From positions 682,001 to 746,000 of the forward strand of contig CDPCPM010000017.1 of the NCBI GenBank assembly GCA_976551045.1: a stretch of DNA of 64,000 bases. The letters are read 5' to 3'. The stretch is from Glaucostegus cemiculus. Lineage: Eukaryota. Under the pieces are notes generated by a model. The model ran no database searches, was not told the DNA's origin, and saw nothing but the letters and a program-made list of their open reading frames with translations. A program made the translations under genes and the position numbers. Every line of letters starts with the position of its first letter. Positions within the stretch are counted from its first letter, which is position 1. Below are positions 1 through 13,034 of the stretch, in pieces.

Positions 1-1789
1 CAATATGTAGAAATAGTCATTATCTACAGGGTTTGAGCCAAAGTGATTAATAGCTCAATTTGAACAAGAGATGTGTGGATGGATGAGGCAACTGAATAGC
101 TACTCCTGAAACCACTTGTGCTACTCAATTGAACTAAAAAAAAAATCAGCTAACTTCACAAATAAATTCCACTTTGCCTTGCAGCAGCAGGTTGGCAAAT
201 TTGGTACTTTTGCCTCTTTAATGTCACTACATTTCCCAGGTGTTATTCTTACTACAAGCCAAATACAAAGCTGTAGGATTTAGTAACACTGGCTGACAGG
301 AAAGAATTTTGAAACCAACTCTTAGGAGTTCCTGTTGACGAACCCCAGCAGTTAAAGGTTCAACTTGCATCATCCATTGACTGACCTGGAAAAATACATT
401 GTCTAGAGTTTTTGACCTCCAAGTCAATTCTGGATTCCCCCCCCTCCCCAGTGTCTAAATCCAGTTAAAGATCAGTAAACTCGGACTTCTACAAGAGTGA
501 ACAAGAAATGTGGATATCATGAGTCAAAGCAAGTAAATAGAACAAGGTAGTACAGGAATGTCATCTTTTAGATTGGTAACAAATAAATCCAGTCGCAATG
601 GAGTTTAATGATTTATTAAGCGTGCTAATGGACTTGAAATACCTACATCACAACAAAATTATTCAAACTTTCAGTACCTCTTTCATGTCTTTCCACTATA
701 TATAGTCACTTATACAAGCACTGAAGCAGAACATCTGATTTGCCATATGAAACTAAAAATAGCTACAAATCACAAAATAAATTTAATTAATGGAGTAAAC
801 CAATGATGCTGCCTGAAAGATTCTTAAAACTTAACTTGTAAATTCATTTAACAAAAAGACATGGAATCCTTGGGTGATAGAATTAAACTTTGAAAATTTT
901 AATTCTTCCAGAAAATTTGCAAAAAAACCAAAGTGATAAGCTTGCTTAAATGCAAGTTTTAAAAAAACTGTTTGAATAATACACTCACATAAAATTACTG
1001 GTTATCTTTTGGCTTTTCAAATCTATTTATAAATAGCAATAGTTCAAATAAAACAAACATTCAACAGGGCTTTACAAGTACTCTTTGCTGTTTATTAAAA
1101 CTACAATTGTAAGCTGCATTTTCAAAATCTTCAATATTTCACGAGAACAGTTCTATCAATTAACCTTGGACAATGTTACACAAAGATTAATACAGAACTT
1201 GAACATTTTTTCGAAAGTAACTTTAGTGTTTGCAATTATGTGATAAGCTTAATGCTTGCATACAAAGAAACAAAGCATCCTGCATTCAAATACATTCAGG
1301 AATCAAGAAATCGGGCAGCAGAATGGAGCAGCCATGACAGCTGCCATCTCAGACCACTTCAATGATGTACGACTCCATAACCAGTTGCTCAGCTGTTCTG
1401 CTCCTTCAGAAACTTGCTTCCCTTGTACCACTTAAACGAGTAATGGACTTCAAGGAAGGGACTGTCTTTGATAGCTAAACATTTTCCTGATCCATTTAAT
1501 AGTAACAAGCTTGTTCATTTAAACACTGGGTACTTTTCTCCTCAAAATCTGCACAATTTGCTTCAATTACTACCAAGCAAGCCTTCTGGCACTGAAAATT
1601 AGCTTTCACAAGTGTGGAGTCTTATTGGAGATTTAAGCTATAATATATGAAAATTGTTAATCCCATAAAAAGGTTCCAATCTTTAGCTATTTGGTTTAAA
1701 ACTGATTATAACACGTGCATCCTGGATTTCATAGCACAAGAATCAATAAGACTTTGTCCATTTGACTAGTTATGGTAAGAACAGTGCCA

Positions 1790-2660
1790 AAAAAAGCAGC
1801 AAGCTCAGGGGATGGGAAGTCTTAGATATAGCAACAATGACCAAAAGGAAAACTCTTTCACACACTTCAATGTATATGAGAGAATTATTTAGCACATTCG
1901 ACCGACACCCATGTGAAGTTAGATCTAATCTTATAAGACAAGGATCTCAAGAGTATGAGAAGATGCTGAGACACATTTCTTCTAAAAAATCTACAGTTTG
2001 ATCTGAAATGAGAAATTTCCTCAGTTTTACAGATCTTTAGAATTCTCTTGCTTAGTTGATTGAATATATTTCTGGACACTATGGGATTGGGTGGGACAGT
2101 AATATGAATGCATAAAATCAGTCATGATCTTACTGAACAGCAGAGTAGGCATGACTGGCTTCATAACCTACTGATTCTGAACAGCACTAAACTGTCAGAC
2201 CACAACTAAAATTCTGGCTGACACACTGCAGGGGTGGAGGACTGGGGATATGACAGCACTGAAGTCCAGAGAAGATGCAAGGACGTTGCCAGGCTAAGGA
2301 ACTGCAGTTATGAGTAAAGTCTAGTTAGGTCAGGGCTGTCATCTGTAAGGAAAAATAAGACAAGTACAGAGTTGACTGACAGACATGAAATGATAATGGA
2401 AGTCCAGAGAGCACCTCAGCAGTTAATACCAGAGAGCACAGGCAAGTTAATTGGAAGAAGGATTAGAGGGTAGTTAAGGATATTTTAATTTCTTCTATTC
2501 AACAAAAAGCAGGGTCTGAAATTTGCTCCTGGAAAAAGTGTTGGAGGAAGAAGCCCCAAGCAGATTCTTAAATGAGCTCTTTAGGTATGCCATAACTAGC
2601 AAGGCTGAAGTCAGAGGTGGGAAGTAAGACTATACCAAAGTTAACTTCTGTGAAGCATAC
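1790..2660 (+). mobile_element. Old CR1 fragments
   Basis: Degenerate 3'-end motifs (atcagtcatgatcttactgaacagcagagtaggc; gccaggctaaggaactgcagttatgagtaaagtctagttagg). Confidence 0.5.
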
Positions 2661-3454
2661 ACTGCTGGACTGGATGGCCTCCATTAGTACTTCAAATTGC
2701 TGCGTTAGATCAACTGACACCAGCGGCCTCCAGTAATAACTGGTGACACAGGTAGCATCAGGCATGCACCTCCACTGAACCGCTGATCTTCAGATTACTT
2801 TGGATACTGCTGCAAGGCCCTCACTGCAGTGCTGAATGACTATAGAGTTTGGCATCCAAATGGGATGGTCTCACCCCTTGCATTGACCAACAGCCTCTGC
2901 TACCTCGACACCACTGACAACCTGGCACACACAGACTGCTGAATAGCTAGGCATGCCTTGGAGTTGAGAGCCATCAAGAAGGGATAGTCTATCTAGCTCA
3001 GTCTTATTTAATCTTGATCTTAACACTCCCAGATTGCTTAAAAAGTGTGAAGATCCAAACTGCCAGACTCAGATTCTGTTGCTTCATTGTTTAGTTGACT
3101 TGCTCATCTGTTCACAAATCTCCAGCTAAGTGCAACTGATGCACTGGATGAAAATGCCATTCCCATGTATGCTGTTTATCTAGCTATCGATAAACAAGGT
3201 CTAAAAATGTTTCAACTCTCCACTGACCGCATTCACAAATGTCAAGCTGCATCATACTTCTCAGTTCTGGTTTAATTCCATGATGCAATGTTCTCTGCTT
3301 TGAATGTTCTTGAAAAGGTCCTCTCATTCCAGTTAATAGAGCTCAAAAGCCGTACAGAGGAAAAAGTATCATTTTAACCACAATATCCATTTACAAAAAA
3401 AAAGGCAAAATATATTTATTGTCTGGCAACAAATCTTTCCTTGCACTTAATTTA

Positions 3455-4100
3455 ATGGAATACAGGATCAGAGGTACCTGGAGGTACTTGGATAAAGTCC
3501 TTGAAGGACACAGGACAGATTGAGTGGTTTAAGCACAAGGCCTTGGGACGGAAAAGTACAAAGGCAGGAAGTTAATTTGCATAAAACACTGATTAAAACC
3601 ATAACTGGAGTATTGCATGCCAAGTCTGCTCATGTCACTAAACACTGACGTAAAGACCCTGGTGAGGATACAGAAAAGATTTTCCAATATGGTTCCAGGA
3701 ATGAGGAATTCCAGCTACTGGAGAACCTGGACTTCTAGTTGAAGCAGGAAAGATTGTGGTGACATTTGATTCAGACAGAGAACTGTCCGGTTTAGTAACA
3801 AACAGAGGAAAACTGTACCTAGATTCAAGGACCAGAGGATAGAGATTTAAAGTTCTGGCTTTAGATACAAAAGGCAAAACACACAAAAAACCTATATGCA
3901 GCAGTGACAATTATGAACATACCAGCTGTCAAGGGTATGAAGACAGAATCAAATCAGATCTTTCAAATAAAAATGGATAGGTATGTGAGGAAGAATAATT
4001 TACAGAGCTATTGGGAGAAGGGGGGCAAGTGCAAGGAAATGACATATGGGATGGTTCTAGGACCTGGCACAGGCTTGTTGAGCCAAATGACCACTGCCCT
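3455..4100 (+). mobile_element. Old CR1 3' fragment
   Basis: aaaacactgattaaaaccataactggagtattg...agagatttaaag...ggcacaggcttgttgagccaaatgacc. Confidence 0.6.
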
Positions 4101-4830
4101 AATTACTTGAGTATTCTAAACATTTGATGCCTTATCCCAAGACTAATGTGAAACTCTCACAAAGGAAACTAGCTCAGTATCTACACTCAATCCTTCCATA
4201 GTTTATTTTAGTGACATTATCCTCATTCTACTAAACTCCAGTGAGAATAGGTTAGCCTACTTGATCCTTAGAGATCAAACTTCTTAATCCAGGGCCATGC
4301 CCACATATTGGGAAGAGTAAATTTATCACTTCACAGCCTGCAAGCATATCCATCTATGGGCAGGGAGAGCAAAATTGCACAATATAGTCCACTAAAGCAG
4401 CATTGAGGCAGCATTACATCTTAGTCCTTTTAATCGACCCTTCAGTCACATGAATACTAGTCCAAGCCTGAGCTTATGTCCCACTGTCAGACCACAACAA
4501 ACACCCTGTGAAAAGACTAGAACTGCAAAATCCGCATTAATATCACATCACCCATTATCTATCCTGCTAGTTAATTATTAAAGCCAAACACTATTTCTCC
4601 TTCACAACATGATTAGGTAGTTGACATGATTAAGTTCTTCGTTATCAATTTTTTTTTAAAATGTGGTCTTGCATTTCTCCATTGTCTGATGTCAATTTAC
4701 TACTTTGCATTTTAATATAGGAGGAAGTATGGAGTTGTAATGCATTTGATCTCTTACAATTGGCTCCAATGGTTCCAGATTCTAAGGAATTCTGAAATGT
4801 TATTGCTTATGTATCCATTATTTCCGCAGC
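4100..4830 (-). mobile_element. Old CR1 fragment (antisense)
   Basis: ctcattctactaaactccagtgagaataggttagcctac and cattatctatcctgctagtt resemble reverse-complemented CR1 ORF2. Confidence 0.5.
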
Positions 4831-5409
4831 TACCGCCAAGCCGAGTCAAAGAGACTTCTTGATAGGTTTTAGACTTGTTTCTTTACTGTTGCTATTCTTT
4901 ACTTAACTCTTTCATCAACAGCACCATAAGAATGTATGTACTAAACCCATTCACGTCCTTTGAGGTTTTGTGTCCAAAATAAAATGCAGCAACCCTAGAT
5001 AGGGTCTGAAGTTCTGTGCAGTTTTGCCAATCTACAATTTCAGGAAAAGATACCCACTAATGGACTAATGAATAAATCTAACTAGTTTAGATGCAATTGA
5101 CAAATACACCAAAATGGAAAGAACAGCAATACAGAAATGAACATATGTTTTCCAATTTGTCAATATGCCTCAGTTACAAATTTGTATTGATGCATTAAGA
5201 GGCAAGGAAAAAAATCAAATGCAACATTGCTGATAACTGTCAGAATTTAAATAAATCTAATGCCATCACTTGAGCACCTTATCACTATTTAAACCAAAAG
5301 GCTCTCTGTGCATGCAAGTAACTTCAATAGAATATTTTAAATCAAATCACAAACCCACAAAAGGACTTCTTAGCCAGAGCTGAAACAGTCTCATTTTTTT
5401 TTTTAAAGT

Positions 5410-5770
5410 GTAGCATCCAATTCAAACACACAGCAAAGATTTCAGGAAGGGACCATTCCCTCTCAACATTCACCAAGATCCAATCCCCCATCTTTTGCAA
5501 CTTCCCATGCATTACCTGCCTTTTACTTCTTTCCTTCTCACCATCGTAGAACTCTCAAATACTCCTTTCACATGAGGCAGTAATTCACTTGCATCTCTTC
5601 CCATTCAATATGTTGCATTCAGCACTCAAAATGTAGTCAGGCTCCTTTACATTGCAGGAGAAAAATACTAAATGGGGAAATGTTTTGTAGACCATATTTG
5701 TTCAGTTCACAAAAGTCCTGTGTTTTCATTTCTCAATCATTTCAATTCTTTAATTTAACCTTGGGAATTA
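5410..5770 (+). mobile_element. Penelope-like GIY-YIG remnant
   Basis: ctcctttcacatgaggcagtaattcacttgc...tgttgcattcagcactcaaaatgt...ctcctttacattgcaggaga parallels 45710-45800. Confidence 0.6.
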
Positions 5771-8700
5771 ACATGTCACATTGTAAACTGGCACAATACA
5801 GGCCACAGGACTCAGTGAATTCATAATAATTATCAACCTTTCCAGTTTGTATCAGAACAGGACTTAGCCACCGACGTTGTCTGAACATATATTTCAAACA
5901 TTTGTTTTTATTATCCTTGTTATCAAACCATATGTTACTTGAGAAACAGGTTTGCCAGGCTACTGGTGGCATTAAGGAATACCAAGCAGGCAAATAAAAC
6001 CTTAGCTAAAATACCTTGTCAAAACACAGCAGCATGTACTGAAATATCATTTTGCACAGCCTTGGACTGAAGCTTAAGTCAATGTTCGAATACTGGAGTG
6101 TGCTGCTAACTTTGCTAAACATTGAATAGAACGCAAATACTACAGAATCCTTTCCGCAATTTATCCAACAAATTTTCAAAAACATTTATGCCATTACAAA
6201 TTGGGTTACTAAAGCTCCCACATTCCTAGCATTATATCGTTCAGCAAAAATGAGTTGGTTATCCCTTTTCCAACCCCAACCCTTCCATTCACACAATTAG
6301 CAACTCACACTCATTACCAGCTGCTGATAGAATCCTCCCTGCAATAAACATCTTTTTTTCTTCCTTGTTCAGATTTTATTCCTGTCCATCTACTATTGTA
6401 AAAATGAAATCAGTAGTGTTCCTTCATCAAGTAACTTCTTGAAATTCACAAGAAAATCTTCTCTATTTCATTCTTGATCAGTTGGTTTGAAAAGTTATCC
6501 AGCCAATAAAACCCAAAACAGACTGGAAGAAGAAAGGGCACATTGTAATAGAGCTTTTCTCAACCATGGTGATTGAAGTAAACTGTATAAATCTGTTACA
6601 AGATAATCAAAAAGAAAACTTATTCCTTGGGTATTAAGTGCACATGTAAATCACTGTAAATGCAGAATGCAAAGGCATAACAAGTCAGGACCATGTAGCA
6701 TTAAAATCCTTAAAGAGCAGGTTTTTTAACTGCTGCTACTACAGTTTAAAAAACTAGGCTAATAAACATTCTAGCTATTTTGTACAAGCCAACATTAGAA
6801 TGACAGGCAATAATGAATGTAATTTAAAACCATGCCACTGGAAGCTTTAGACACTATTCTCAAATCTTTAGGGACAAAAGTACTCAATTCAGTTGAGCAC
6901 TACTAGATGCTCTTAGAAACATGTTAAACAAATCATTTGAACTGAAGAAAGAATACGACTTTGAAAAGGTTTTTGTAGAAACAAGTATGGTCCGGTGGGC
7001 AGACAAGTCATAACCCTTGCACACTAAAAAAAACAGCCTGTGACCCACTTCCTCTTACAATTAAAGACCAGAAACAAAACTACAGCTGAAAAACAGACCC
7101 AAACAAATACCAACGTGGCAAAAGGACTTTTGTTCTGCCATTCTGTACAGTCTTATGGCAAAAAGGGAAGAACAAAAGACTGCATGCACCTTAAAACTGT
7201 AATGAATAATGTCATAGCACTGATCACGTACAAGATAATCACTTCACCATAAAAAATTGGCAAACAATTATGGATAGATTACACTAAACTCATTATTGCA
7301 TCCTCCTGTATCAATGTTAGGCATAATATGAAAAGCAACTATTATTATGTATACGTCAAAATAATCCAGATTTAAAGAGATGGCATTACATACACATTAT
7401 GTTAAAAGTGAAACCAAAGTCTTTTTTCATTTTACAACTGAAAATGTAATCTTCCAGACCATATTCCAAAGCAAATGGAAAACTAACAATGGCAGAATGG
7501 ATTAGCAGGAAGTTAAAGAAAATAACAGAAAAGGGATAAAGGCAAACTCACCAAGAAAAAAAACGCAAAATGACTGGATTTTGGGGACTGAGCAATGAAA
7601 TTGTACCAACTGAAACGAAGAAACAAGATGTGCCCATTTACAAATCTGGGCTGAACTCAGTCCAAGCCTTCTGTGACTGGAAATTGTGGTGGGGCAAATT
7701 CAGATGGAGAACTGGGATTATAAATGGTTTTATTTATCTTCTACCTCAAACTTTCCTTTCACTGGTGGATTTTAAGCCTCAACATTTCTAAATCACCTTA
7801 GTTATCCACAACATATGTTGAAAGCTTCAATAACTCAGAATTAAGATTTCCAATTCCATTCTTAAAAATGATTTACACACTCCCTAATACAATTTCAAGA
7901 GAGTAATCAACTCCATAAAACATTTGGAAGTTAAAAAAAACACATGTACATCTGAAATGAAAACAAAACACTACACTGAGGATATTTAAGCAAATCAGGC
8001 AGAGTACTAAAGTAAAATATCACACTTTCTACAGGAAAAGACAGACCATACCCCATTGTCATTTTAAATCACTGACTACCCTGGAATATGGGAAATGTGT
8101 TTGCTTTCTTCAAGAATTTCTGTTCACAAGTCAGATGCAATTTTAACAATTCCAGACTACTGTAATCCCCAGACAGAAGTTTATTCATCACATTTAACCA
8201 TGAGCAGAAGTCTCAGAAGGCAGGGTATCAAAAATGGTAAAAACCAATAGGTAAAAAGCAACTGACATATCATTTCCAAGCTAAACATGAAGCAGCCAAG
8301 ACCAGTAAGCGTCTTGATAAATGTGCAACTCTGAAAGCAAAACAAAAGTTGCTGGAAACACTCCAGTCTGTTCTCTATCAATTGATGATATCAGAGTTAG
8401 CATTACAGGTCACAGAGCCTTTATCATCTTATGTTTTTATTTAAAAAAAACACTTATTTTCTTCAATATTACACATTTATCCATTTATTAAAAGTCATTA
8501 ACATCTCTTGCAGTAAAGTTAATGGTCTGGATACACAAGAGACTGCAGGTACTGGAATCTGGAGCAACACAAAGTTATTGGTATTGTGTTTTGACAGCAG
8601 TTATACTTTCTCTGCATGAGCAGCTCCCAGGATATAAATTTTTAGGAGCCAGCAACAAGTAGCAAGAAGAAAAGCTGATGATCATCCTTCCAACCAAGCA

Positions 8701-11700
8701 ATTTAAAAAGAGGGCCCCGGAATTCAAAGTAAACCACAGATTTCTTTATTTTGGGGAACTCTTCAAATCATTGGTAAAGTAGATGGCTCAAATAAAGTGT
8801 GTCAATTCTGAAATTAAATTCTTAAAGCTATGTATAGAAACTGCATAACAGTTTTCTGCCAGGAATACACTGCAAGCCTAGATTTCAAACTGCATCAACA
8901 AAGACACAGGAATTCTAACCAAGTCTGAGTACCTTGGGTGCAATGAACATGTTCATTTGAGTTAAAAATGGTTGTAAATTAATGACAGCTAACACACAAG
9001 ATAGGATGAAGGTTGCTCAAAGATAATATTTGCAGGCAAAGTTTTATAAACAACACCTGTTTTTTTTAAACAGCATTTCGTCGCATCTTGGCTTCATTCA
9101 AAATTTTATTCTCATACCAAGTTCTCCAACTATCCTTTCTTCCTATTCCAGTAATTGATATTCTGCAGTTTTTATACAAGTCAAACATGCAAACTTGATC
9201 TTTCAATGACTTCTTTTATTTTCAAAGGTAAATCTGTGCAATTTATGCAAATGGAATATTGAATATACAGGGACATGATTAAATATTTGAATATACAGCT
9301 TATGCTTCCATTTATAGTGATTTCAGAACCAATAGGTTGTTTCCCCATTCTTTAACTCCAAGAGATCAAATTGTTGAACTTGAACCCAGGCAAACATATT
9401 CAGATGGTTTCTCATATGACAGGAAGAAGCTCACTCCCCTCCACACACCCCTTAGATGGTTAAAAGGTGAAGTTTATGATGATTTCTCCACATATCCAAA
9501 TAACCATTTCCAAAGGAAACAAAACTCCTTCTGGAACTAGATTATCGTACTGATGGAGGAAATATACTTGGCACATTCAGGAGATATAAAGGACAGACTA
9601 AAACATGATAGGTTAACAATAATTGCATGTGGAAGAAATCTTTGTATGATTGACAACAGCCACTGAACAATGCATATCAATGCATCATATTAAACACTGA
9701 ACTGTTCTTACAGTCAATGCCAAATAATAGACAAGAGGTTGGGGACTGTCCCCACTTCAAACACTATATTAAAAGTTGCTTGTCTTATATATTCTTTAGA
9801 GCATGAAAAAAGTAGCAGCACTGGTACAAAAAACTCTTCAAAATACAAGAGCACGATTCTTCAATGCACAAATCAACTCCTTAAATGCTATTTTCAGATC
9901 AGTTACTCAAGTTCTAAATAGTCAACATTTTGATTAATACATCAGTGTATTTAAAATATGAAGGACATTGGCCACAATAAATTAATAGATTGTTCAGTAA
10001 AAGTTTCATTCAACATGGTTAATGTTTACACTGCTATTTTGAAATGTGTACATTTGTCAAATCGATGTGTCCAAATTAATTTCACAGAAAGAGACCTGGA
10101 AACTTCAAGACATTTGCAAATGAAGAATTATTAAAAAGGCAAGGTAACAGGAATAGTTATGGAAGTTTGTTTGAAATTGTTTCCCTAACTTTAGTTGATG
10201 CTATCACATGTTTTACCACTTGCTTTTTTTGTATACTTCCCCCAAATCTGAACACACTGTACAATCAGACCTTTCTGTTTTCTAGTGCTTCCTTGTGATT
10301 CTCCAGACTAACTCAGGACTTGTACCTTGATGACAAAAATCAACATAATGCTCAAGACGATTGCTCCATCCAAGATGGCATGGCAAAGTTCAAAGTGTTC
10401 AGATGTACATTTATTATTCCTTGGAATGAGAGATTTGACATTTAAACTCAGTAATCTCGTCCCAAAAATATTTTATTTAGAACATAAGTCCACATATATA
10501 TTTAAAACAATTGTGCTGAATGAATGGACAATGCAGACAAAAAGAGGACTGAAAGACGCACGACGACCTATCAAGACACGCCCACATAAATTTGTATCCT
10601 CACTTCAACTTTAGACAAGTTCCAGATAAAACATCAATGAATGGTGGTGGGGATGGAGAGAAAGAACATCACAACTAAATCCATAAAAACTTTGTTCAAT
10701 TATAATTTATGTTCTGCACTATTTAACTCTTAAAAAGTGGTTTATCTTCCATACACCCAAGTCACAAGTGCAATAGCAATTTCCACAACATCCTTGGACA
10801 TTGGAAAAATTCTTTCCCTAAACAGCCCAATCAGCCATAAGATCCAGTTCACATTTCCCAAAGTCAGTATTTTCAAATTTAAGATGTGATAACTGTATTG
10901 ATGGAGATCTTCCCACCCCCTCAACAAAAATAAGCTCATTTTACTTGTACTGCATTGCTATTTGGGACAAAAACTGGCAAAGAAAGAATCTTATGAACAC
11001 AGTTAATAGTCGCACTCAAAATATCCAGCTAGAAAGAGTGAACAAAATAACAAACAGGATTTTGCAAAGGCTGTAAAAATTTTGCATGACAACCAAGTCA
11101 ATGGGTGGCAACTTCATTTGAATGGTGTCAAAAATTATCCCAAATCATTATTCTTCCCCCCCTCACAATTGCACATATAGCATAAAAATATTCAACTTGA
11201 TGAATGAGATAGAAACTGCTTCCAAATAAATTAAATGCCAACTGTGATCAATCTCAATTTTTTGCTGTAAACAGTCTTTAAATTTCAAACTTCCACAACT
11301 ATCTGTGTCATGAGATTGTCAAAATGTAGAAAGCCATATTGGAGTTTTAAAATAATTTGACTCAACTTCAAAATGAAATAATCAATATCATCTTTGCAAT
11401 AATCACTGATGATCAGACTCCAAATTGCAGGTCACAAGATGCCAAAAACTATACCTCATTTTTTGAGAATTAACATGTATACATATAAGCCTATTTATTA
11501 GCTATTTTTATTATTTGCATAAATTTCCTAAAGCAACAATGTGCTAGGGAACTCAACAGGTTATGTCACATTTGTGGAGGAAAGAAACTGTTGACATTTC
11601 AAGTTGAAACCCTCACCTCCCAGCTTCAAGGTGGAGCTGCTCCCGACCTCCACCTTGTTCCCAAAGTTGGTAATAAAGTTAAATCACTTCCATATCAAAT

Positions 11701-11859
11701 CTCCAGAACGCTGGTTAGTTTGGGATTCTTTCTCTCTTATTCTCCAAAGCATTTAAGTTGATCTTAGTTACATCCCATAACACTTCACATCCTGCACATT
11801 ATTTTTTATAACATAGTTATTTACATAGAAAAGAAGTACCAGGCTGACAGTTAAAATTA

Positions 11860-12090
11860 TTAACTGCAAGCTGGGAGAGGAACCTTAACTTGAATAAGAG
11901 TGAAATCATTCCTCCTCAAACCAGCGGATTTTATGCTTTTGTTCAGGGTCTCATCTGAAAGACAGCAGTTCTGATAATACAGCACTCCCTTAATACTGAT
12001 GTCAAATCAGATTACATGCTTAAGTACTGCACTGGCACTTAGGCCACCACCTTGAGCAAGATGCAAGTTCTATCATCTATACCAAACTTA
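11860..12090 (-). mobile_element. DeuSINE (SacSINE1/AmnSINE1-like) fragment
   Basis: tctcatctgaaagacagcagttctgataatacagcactcccttaatactg resembles the reverse complement of the recalled DeuSINE 5' region. Confidence 0.6.
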
Positions 12091-12202
12091 CACACAATTG
12101 ATCTCGTGTTCAAAATACAAAACAGAATAACTCAAACCTGAACAATGATAACTAAATACACTAGATGCTATCTTAGCATCCCAGTCCGGCGACCAATGAT
12201 AC

Positions 12203-12240
12203 CTCAAGCAACACTTGTTTTGCAACATTTTGATCTTCAT
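12203..12240 (-). CDS. AEBP2: Candidate alternative first coding exon of AEBP2 (short isoform)
   Basis: ATG AAG ATC AAA ATG TTG CAA AAC AAG TGT TGC TTG AG|gtatca gives MKIKMLQNKCCL(S). Phase-2 donor, same phase as exon 1, in a CpG-enriched shoulder of intron 1. Positional analogy to the mammalian short-isoform exon only; no sequence identity. Confidence 0.35.
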
Positions 12241-12859
12241 GTGCACGTCGAGGATAATTCTCGGACAAACGCTGGGGATCTTAAATCACACCCACATGCT
12301 TACTTACAACAAACAGATCGAGGGTCCGATTATCCATATGAATACATCGTCACCCCCTTTTTTTGTTAACTGCATGCTGAAAGTCACCGGTATCATCAAT
12401 ACTTTAGATGTTACAGTTACTTAAACTTGGGAATTTCCATTCAACATCGCGAAACCGCCATCTCGTAAGATATGAAAATTACTTCTCAAAACTCCAATGC
12501 CATTTACACGAACAATCACGTACAGCAGGGCTTTTAAAGTCAGGTTTCCTAATCTACTTAGAAAACCTACGAGTGTCCACTCGGACAAAACGAAGAACAG
12601 GAGGTAAAACTTTTCACCCGAAATACAAAGAGGGAAAACACAAGGAGCAGAGTCCTTGTGTTTTCCCGACACAAGGAGTCGGCTCTTGAAAGACGGGGAG
12701 GGGAAAAGGAGTTGGCGTGGAGCCGAGAAATAATACAGAGCGTGAGGGGAAAGAGGCTGCTGCACCTTCCCAGGGAATTGGTGAATGAGTTTGGGACAAA
12801 CTATTCAACTCGGTCTCGTCACGCTGAAGCTTAGCAGCGAGGCGAAGGCTGGAGCGGGT

Positions 12860-12920
12860 GAGGAGATGGTGATGGGGGGGGAGGAGATGGTGATGGGGGG
12901 GGGAGGAGATGGTGATTGGG
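12860..12920. repeat. G-rich tandem repeat (about 21-nt unit, 3 copies) in AEBP2 intron 1
   Basis: gaggagatggtgat occurs three times, separated by G-runs. Confidence 0.9.
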
Positions 12921-13034
12921 AGGGGGGCTGTAAGCGGCTGATTTTACACCGACGGACAACGTCTCCCCGCAGCTACGCCCCGACACCCCCAGACCATCCC
13001 ACAGAGGGCGAGTCCGATCCCCGGCTCTCCTCAC

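Noticed and set aside
1-12100. AEBP2 exon 2 (ISSTIMDVDSTISSGRSTP...) or other genes in this interval
   Set aside because: No such peptide was found on the minus strand by eye or in the ORF track. The ORFs here are short and without homology; treated as intron 1.
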